This document shows positions 16,504 to 21,778 of a DNA stretch of 21,778 nucleotides, piece by piece (position 1 is the stretch's first letter; the number at the start of each line of letters is the position of its first letter). The DNA lies in assembly GCA_964566495.1 (NCBI GenBank), contig CAZMIT010000019.1, forward strand, positions 1 to 21,778, written 5' to 3'. The translations under genes were made by a program, and so were the position numbers. Source of the DNA: an uncultured bacterium. Lineage in GTDB: Bacteria > T1Sed10-126. Below the pieces are notes generated by a model that did not search any database, was not told the DNA's origin, and saw only the letters and a list, made by a program, of their open reading frames with translations.

Positions 16504-17286
16504 TTATTTTGGGTCGAAAAAGAGGGAGGTGAAGTTTCTATTTATAGTTTTGGTCAGTTTCTCAGAATCAAGGGTTTTTAGCTGCGCAAGTTTTGCAATC
16601 GTATGTTTAACAAAGTCAGGACGGTTCTGAGCGCCCCGTTTCGGCTGTGGGGCCAGGTAAGGTGAATCTGTCTCGGAGAGAATTTTATCGGTGGGAACGT
16701 GGCGGGCAGCCGCTTCCAGCGCGGGGTTGTTTCCGAAGGTAAGGTTGCCGGCGAATGAACAGTAAAAACCGAAATCGAGCGCATTTTTAGCATTTTCGGA
16801 GTTGCCGGAAAAGCAGTGGAAGACGCCGCGAAATTCTTTTCGTCCGGTTGCCGCCAGTATTTCAAAAATATCTTTGAAGGCGTCGTTACCGTCAGCGCTG
16901 GGTCGGACGTGCAGGATTAGTGGTAAGTTTATGTCGTCGGCCAGCTCGATGAACTGCCGGCTCAATTTTTTCTGGTCTTCCCGCGGGCTATTTTCATAAA
17001 AATAATCCAGTCCTGTCTCGCCGAGCGCAATTAATTTATCCTCTCCGCTTATCGATTCAAACCAGGCCATTTCTTTTTCAGTTAACGGGCGGGCTTCGTG
17101 GGGGTGAAGACCCGCAGCAGCGTAGAGGTAGTCAAATTGTTCAGCCAGCCGCAGAGCTTCTTCGCTGGTTTTGCGGTCAACTCCAACGACTAAGACGGCT
17201 TCCATTTTCTGCTGTAGTTGTTCGAGCAGAGGGATTAAATCGGCACCGTAATACTGTTCAAAGAGATGAGCGTGACTATCTATCAA
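16504..17286 (-). CDS. tatD: TatD-family metal-dependent DNase
   Basis: IDSHAHL, GLHPH, GETGLDY, ILHVR, FHCFSG and ETDSPYLAP motifs. Confidence 0.95.
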   Translation of the reverse strand: MIDSHAHLFEQYYGADLIPLLEQLQQKMEAVLVVGVDRKTSEEALRLAEQFDYLYAAAGLHPHEARPLTEKEMAWFESISGEDKLIALGETGLDYFYENSPREDQKKLSRQFIELADDINLPLILHVRPSADGNDAFKDIFEILAATGRKEFRGVFHCFSGNSENAKNALDFGFYCSFAGNLTFGNNPALEAAARHVPTDKILSETDSPYLAPQPKRGAQNRPDFVKHTIAKLAQLKTLDSEKLTKTINRNFTSLFFDPK

Positions 17287-18797
17287 GCTTCGTCAATCCG
17301 TGGGAACAGTGGTTCACCGCGGGTTACCTTTTCGCCACCATTTAGCTCTCCCCAGCGTCGTGTTTTCAAGTTGTCTTCCTGGTCGACATCCAGCCTACTT
17401 CTTATTTCATTGGCAGTTTCTGGCATTACCGGTTCGATCAGGTAGGCGATCTCATTCAGGGCCTCGCAGAGCTGGTAGAGGATCGCCTCTATTTGCTCTT
17501 TGTCCTGCTCCCGGTCAAGTTTCCAGGGGGCTTCCTCCTGCAGCCAGCGGTTAGTTTTTGAGGCAAAGAGCATCACCTCTTTCAAGGCCCGGTCAAATTT
17601 TACGTCTTTCATTAATTCAATGTAGCGTTGCCGGTGCTGAGCTGCAAAATCCCCGGGCTTCTGGAGGTTGTTCCCTAATTCAGCCGGTTCAGGAATAACG
17701 CCGCCGGCGAATTTTTCCACCAGGGATAGCGAGCGATTGACCAGGTTACCAAGGTTGTTGGCCAGGTCGCCGTTTATCAGTTCAATCAGACCTTCGTCGG
17801 ACATTACGCCGTCTTCGCCGAAAGGAATGCGCCGCAGCAGAAAATATCGCAGGGCATCCCGGCCGAACTGGTTGGCCAGCTCCCGCGGGTCAACGACATT
17901 GCCTTTTGACTTGGAAATTTTATCTCCTTCTAAAGTCCACCAACCGTGAGCCTGTATCCTTTTCGGCAGCTTGACGCCAAGAGCCATCAGCATACAGGGC
18001 CAGATCACGGCGTGAAATCTAAGGATATCCTTGCCGATAAACTGGACTTCGGGCGGCCACCACTTATTAAATTTTGGCTGCGGATATCCGATACCGCTCA
18101 AGTAGTTAAGCAGGGCGTCAAACCAGACGTAGACGACGTGGTCTTCGTCGAAGGGAACCGTAATACCCCAGTCGAACTTTGTCCGGCTGACACTGAGGTC
18201 CTGGACGCCCTCGTCAAGCAGACTGACGACTTCGTTGTAGCGACTTTCTGGTCTGACAAACTCGGGGTTGGCTTGTAGATGATCGTGCAGGTCGGGCAGG
18301 TATTTAGTAAGCCGAAAGAAGTAGCTGTCTTCGCTGATATATTCGACCTGGCGGTGACACTCCGGGCAGTTGCCCTGGTCATCTAATTTATTCTCGGACC
18401 AGTAGGTCTCACAGTGGACGCAATAAGGTCCCTCGTAGGTATCGAGATAGATGTCTCCCTGGTCGTAGAGCTGCTGGAAGACGTGCTGGACCGCTTCGAC
18501 GTGTTGTTCGTCTGTGGTGCGGATAAATCCGTCGTGAGATAGCTTCAGATCCTGCCAGAGCTGGCGAAATGTTTTCACAACTTCGTCCACAAATTCCTGC
18601 GGTTTTTTATCTTCCTCGGTAGCGGTTCTACCCACTTTCTCGCCGTGCTCGTCAGTGCCGGTCAGAAAAAATACCTCGTCGCCCATTGCCCGGTAGAAAC
18701 GAGCCAGCGAGTCCGTGGCCAGGTTTGTGTATGCGTGTCCGATGTGTGGTTCGGCGTTAACATAATAAATCGGGGTGGTCAGATAACGTTTAACCAT
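17283..18797 (-). CDS. metG: Methionyl-tRNA synthetase (short form without C-terminal tRNA-binding domain)
   Basis: TTPIYYVN..PHIGH, TGTDEHG, CVHC/CPEC knuckle, YVWFDALLNY and KISKS motifs. Confidence 0.96.
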   Translation of the reverse strand: MVKRYLTTPIYYVNAEPHIGHAYTNLATDSLARFYRAMGDEVFFLTGTDEHGEKVGRTATEEDKKPQEFVDEVVKTFRQLWQDLKLSHDGFIRTTDEQHVEAVQHVFQQLYDQGDIYLDTYEGPYCVHCETYWSENKLDDQGNCPECHRQVEYISEDSYFFRLTKYLPDLHDHLQANPEFVRPESRYNEVVSLLDEGVQDLSVSRTKFDWGITVPFDEDHVVYVWFDALLNYLSGIGYPQPKFNKWWPPEVQFIGKDILRFHAVIWPCMLMALGVKLPKRIQAHGWWTLEGDKISKSKGNVVDPRELANQFGRDALRYFLLRRIPFGEDGVMSDEGLIELINGDLANNLGNLVNRSLSLVEKFAGGVIPEPAELGNNLQKPGDFAAQHRQRYIELMKDVKFDRALKEVMLFASKTNRWLQEEAPWKLDREQDKEQIEAILYQLCEALNEIAYLIEPVMPETANEIRSRLDVDQEDNLKTRRWGELNGGEKVTRGEPLFPRIDEA

Positions 18798-19630
18798 TGT
18801 TGATTCTCCTCGGGATAATAGATTTCTTCCAGTATTGAATTTACTACTAACAGCGGTTGCCCGCCCTGCTCGAGTTCACTCAGTCGCTCCAGTATATCGG
18901 GGAGCAACCGGTAAGTAAGATTACGCTCTTCAATAATTTTTTCATAGCCGTCCCCCAGTTCAGATCCAGTGTATCCCTGGTGCACGCAAGAGAGGAGGAA
19001 ACTTAAAAACTTTCTCGCTTTCTTGCGACTCCAGCTTATTTTATCAGAAGTTGTTTCACCCGTCAGGAGTTGCTGCCAGCGTTGCATTTCCTGTCTGTCT
19101 GGGGCGGCCTCGTCCCAGAAGTTGCCGAGCGCTTCCTCGGGTGATTGCGGCCGCTGTTTGAAAAGCGGGAATCGAATCCACTGACAGCGGGAACGAATAG
19201 TTGCCAGGCACTGCCAGCGCGAGCGGGCCGTGAGCACGAATACCGTCTCGCCGGGCGGCTCCTCTAATACCTTCAACAGGGCATTGGAGGCGCCGTCGGT
19301 CAGGCGGCTGATGTCGTTGAGCCAGAAGTAAAGTCGTTTTCCCCGTGCCGGGGTTAGATCCGCCCTCCGAATAATTTTTTCTCGTACTTTTTTCACCGTG
19401 ATCTTCTCGTTCTGTTCGTTTAGAGCCAGTAGATCGGGATGAACTTTCTCTTCGATCTGCTTACACTCGCGGCAGTCGCCGCAGGGAGACTGCTCAGAAT
19501 CACAGGCTAAAAGTTGAAAAAAGTAAAGCACAGGATCCTGGTATTTTCCCGCCGGTAGGCCGTAGAAAAGGTAAGCGTGGGCCAGTCTCCTCTTGTCATA
19601 GGCATTTTGCAGGGCGTCGGGTAGCTTCAA
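18779..19630 (-). CDS. holB: DNA polymerase III delta' subunit
   Basis: HAYLFYG, C4 zinc site C..PCGDCREC, HPDL, NALLKVLEEPP and TIRSRCQ motifs; tmk-yaaR-holB synteny. Confidence 0.9.
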   Translation of the reverse strand: MKLPDALQNAYDKRRLAHAYLFYGLPAGKYQDPVLYFFQLLACDSEQSPCGDCRECKQIEEKVHPDLLALNEQNEKITVKKVREKIIRRADLTPARGKRLYFWLNDISRLTDGASNALLKVLEEPPGETVFVLTARSRWQCLATIRSRCQWIRFPLFKQRPQSPEEALGNFWDEAAPDRQEMQRWQQLLTGETTSDKISWSRKKARKFLSFLLSCVHQGYTGSELGDGYEKIIEERNLTYRLLPDILERLSELEQGGQPLLVVNSILEEIYYPEENQQWLNVI

Positions 19631-20142
19631 GGCGCCGGCTCCTTTATTGCGCTTACCAGGTCAATCACAAGGCCCTTGATTTGATCGACGTGGCCGGCCA
19701 CGTCAATATTTTCTTCCTGCCGACTTACAAGTGCCTCCGTTAACTTGTCCATACGCTCGTCTATCTTTTCCACAATCCGGTGTTTTTTTTCATCGTTTTT
19801 TTGTAGATCGGAGAGTGACAGGGAGCGTTTGCCTCGTTTCACTTCTACTTTTCGCGACAGCTTTAAAGCCTTTTTCATGAAGGAGGCCATCGCCTGCTTG
19901 TAGCGGTGAGCATTTTCTGGCGTCTGGTTTTCTTTTAACTGTTCGCCTCGCTCGGTGACCTCCTCAACCAGTTCCTGGACCTCCATGTCCAGCAGCTCAA
20001 ATTCTCGTTTTTTAATCGTCTTTTTGAAATCTTCGGCCTCTTCACCGGGTGCGGCTGTGGCTCCGGCTTCCCCGCCTTCGGTTGTTTTAAAACCACTTAG
20101 TGAGTCCTTTAGCTGTTTATCCAGGGCCTTGTTAATTTGCAA
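19627..20142 (-). CDS. yaaR: YaaR / DUF327 family protein
   Basis: G..L......YK..M..F....L and I..IDE.M..L...L...IKGLVIDL pattern; located between tmk and holB. Confidence 0.8.
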   Translation of the reverse strand: MQINKALDKQLKDSLSGFKTTEGGEAGATAAPGEEAEDFKKTIKKREFELLDMEVQELVEEVTERGEQLKENQTPENAHRYKQAMASFMKKALKLSRKVEVKRGKRSLSLSDLQKNDEKKHRIVEKIDERMDKLTEALVSRQEENIDVAGHVDQIKGLVIDLVSAIKEPAP

Positions 20143-20143
20143 A

Positions 20144-20776
20144 CTAATCCAGCGCCTCCACCGTTATTTTTTCAATTTTTTCCTGCACAGCTTCAATTGA
20201 GTTGTTTAAGTCCAGCAGGTGACAGCGGTTTTTATGTTTATTTGCCAGTTTTCGGTAACCTTCTCTTACGGTTTGATGAAACTCCAGGTTTTCCTGTTCG
20301 ATCCGGTCACCGGTATCCTCGTTCCACTTAGCCCGGGAGCTGTTGCGGGCTTTCTTCAAACCGTCTTCGATCGCTATGTCCATGATAAAAGTAAGATCCG
20401 GCATCAGCCCCTCGGTCGCAAACTGGTTCAGCGATTCGACTTTATTTTCTCCCAGCCCCCGGGCCATCCCCTGGTAGACCACCGAGGCGTCGGCAAAACG
20501 GTCACAGATTACGATTTTGTCCGCTTCCAGTGCCGGTTTTATTCGTTCGGCAATATGCTGGGCCCGGGCAGCTTCATAGAGCAGAAGTTCAGTGCGTTCA
20601 TTCATAATATTATGAGAGGGGTCGAGCAGTATCTCGCGAATGTTTTCGCTCAGAGGCGTCCCCCCGGGCTCACGGGTAAGGTCCACTTCGTAGCCCTTCT
20701 TTTGCAGGTATTCTTTTAATAAATTTGCGTGTGTTGTTTTCCCGGATCCTTCCGGGCCTTCAAAGGTTATAAACAA
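20144..20776 (-). CDS. tmk: Thymidylate kinase
   Basis: FITFEGPEGSGKTT, TREPGGT, ICDRF..ASVVYQG and PDLTF motifs. Confidence 0.97.
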   Translation of the reverse strand: MFITFEGPEGSGKTTHANLLKEYLQKKGYEVDLTREPGGTPLSENIREILLDPSHNIMNERTELLLYEAARAQHIAERIKPALEADKIVICDRFADASVVYQGMARGLGENKVESLNQFATEGLMPDLTFIMDIAIEDGLKKARNSSRAKWNEDTGDRIEQENLEFHQTVREGYRKLANKHKNRCHLLDLNNSIEAVQEKIEKITVEALD

Positions 20777-20840
20777 TTGCTTTCACTCCAGTCACAATTT
20801 TAAATTTGACCTGCTGTCGTAGTTTATCGAACGGTTAACT

Positions 20841-20870
20841 ATTTTAACAAAAATATGAGGTAATAGTCGA
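20841..20870 (-). promoter_or_regulatory. Possible extended -10 promoter for the tmk operon
   Basis: TCGACT-18 bp-TAAAAT with a TGn extension on the minus strand. Confidence 0.35.
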
Positions 20871-21778
20871 TTAAGATAGGGCCGGGTGCTCGCCCCAGCG
20901 GTAATATTCATACCAGGTCCAGACGAGCAGGAAGCGCAGCAGGTAACCGATCAGGAAGGCGGCATAGATTGCTCGCAGTCCCATCTCCATCCAGCCGCCC
21001 AGCAAAGCGGCCAGAATCAGCAGCGTCCCTTTACCGGCGACTGCCGAGAGCATTGGCACGGCGGTGTGACCTGCCCCTTCGAGGGCTCCTTCCAGCGAGT
21101 GATAGATGCAGAAACAGAGAATAACCAGTCCGCCTACAGTTATGAACTCGGAGGCTATCTGCAAAGTGGGTTGTTCGCGAATAAATAAAAAAGCGATCGG
21201 ATGACGGAACAGCACCAACCCCAGGGCTATCGGTCCCGAGACCAGCAGCGACAACTTAACCGCCTCCCAGCCCTGGGCGGCCGCCTGGCGGGGTTCGTCG
21301 CCTCCCAGGTGATAGCCGCTGTAAGCCCCGGCGGCTTCGGCAATCCCCCAGTTGGGCATCATGGCCAGCATCTGGACACGAAAAGCAATTTGATAGGCGG
21401 CGACTGCCTCTGTCCCAAACCAGAGCAGGATGGCATTAAGCGGCAGGTTACCGATCGCGTCGACGCTGCCATTCAAAACCCGGGGAATTCCGATCCGGAT
21501 AATTTTCAAACCTTCCTTAACTTTTTTCAAATCAGTGAAATTAAAGTTGAGCCGGTAATTGGTAAAGGCGAGCAGCCAAAAACAGGAGAGCCCGGCCAGC
21601 GTGTTGCCGATAAAAGTTCCCCAGGCGGCGCCGGCGACGTCTAAAGCCGGCAGTCCGAAGAGACCAAAGACAAGCACGAGGGTGGCAAAGATATTTATGA
21701 GCGTGGTCACTGAGCCGATGATAGCGGGGGTGATTGAGTCCTGTGAGCCGGTCATGCCCCGGAAACAGACCAGGTAGA
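20871..21778 (-). CDS. MATE family efflux transporter, 5' truncated by the window end
   Basis: LDVAGAAWGT, IRIGIP, FGTEAVAAYQI and GALEGAGHT motifs. The reading frame stays open past ATG 21755 to the window edge. Confidence 0.88.
   Translation of the reverse strand, partial: YLVCFRGMTGSQDSITPAIIGSVTTLINIFATLVLVFGLFGLPALDVAGAAWGTFIGNTLAGLSCFWLLAFTNYRLNFNFTDLKKVKEGLKIIRIGIPRVLNGSVDAIGNLPLNAILLWFGTEAVAAYQIAFRVQMLAMMPNWGIAEAAGAYSGYHLGGDEPRQAAAQGWEAVKLSLLVSGPIALGLVLFRHPIAFLFIREQPTLQIASEFITVGGLVILCFCIYHSLEGALEGAGHTAVPMLSAVAGKGTLLILAALLGGWMEMGLRAIYAAFLIGYLLRFLLVWTWYEYYRWGEHPALS

Overview
Bacterial chromosomal origin region with every credible gene on the minus strand. In transcription order: MATE (partial) - tmk - yaaR/DUF327 - holB - metG - tatD - [AT-rich region with DnaA boxes] - dnaA - [oriC with tandem DnaA boxes, DnaA-trios and an AT-rich tract] - dnaN - recF - dciA/DUF721 - [REP-like doublet] - gyrB - gyrA - small acidic ORF - hpnC - hpnD - hpnE (squalene synthesis) - uracil permease - [paired hairpin elements] - four-helix-bundle gene - [REP/boxC-like remnants] - recR (5' end only, absent from the ORF track). 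The most unusual part is about 100-1980. It holds a TIGR02436/TIGR04258-type four-helix-bundle gene interrupted in frame by 47 aperiodic 9-bp units built on a GTCCAC core, with an inverted remnant of that core just upstream. Several distinct palindromic elements surround the gene. Also notable: hpnCDE is coupled to gyrBA by overlapping genes, rpmH/rnpA are absent next to dnaA, and essential genes (tmk, holB, metG) point head-on toward oriC. All family assignments are by motif recognition; no searches were run.
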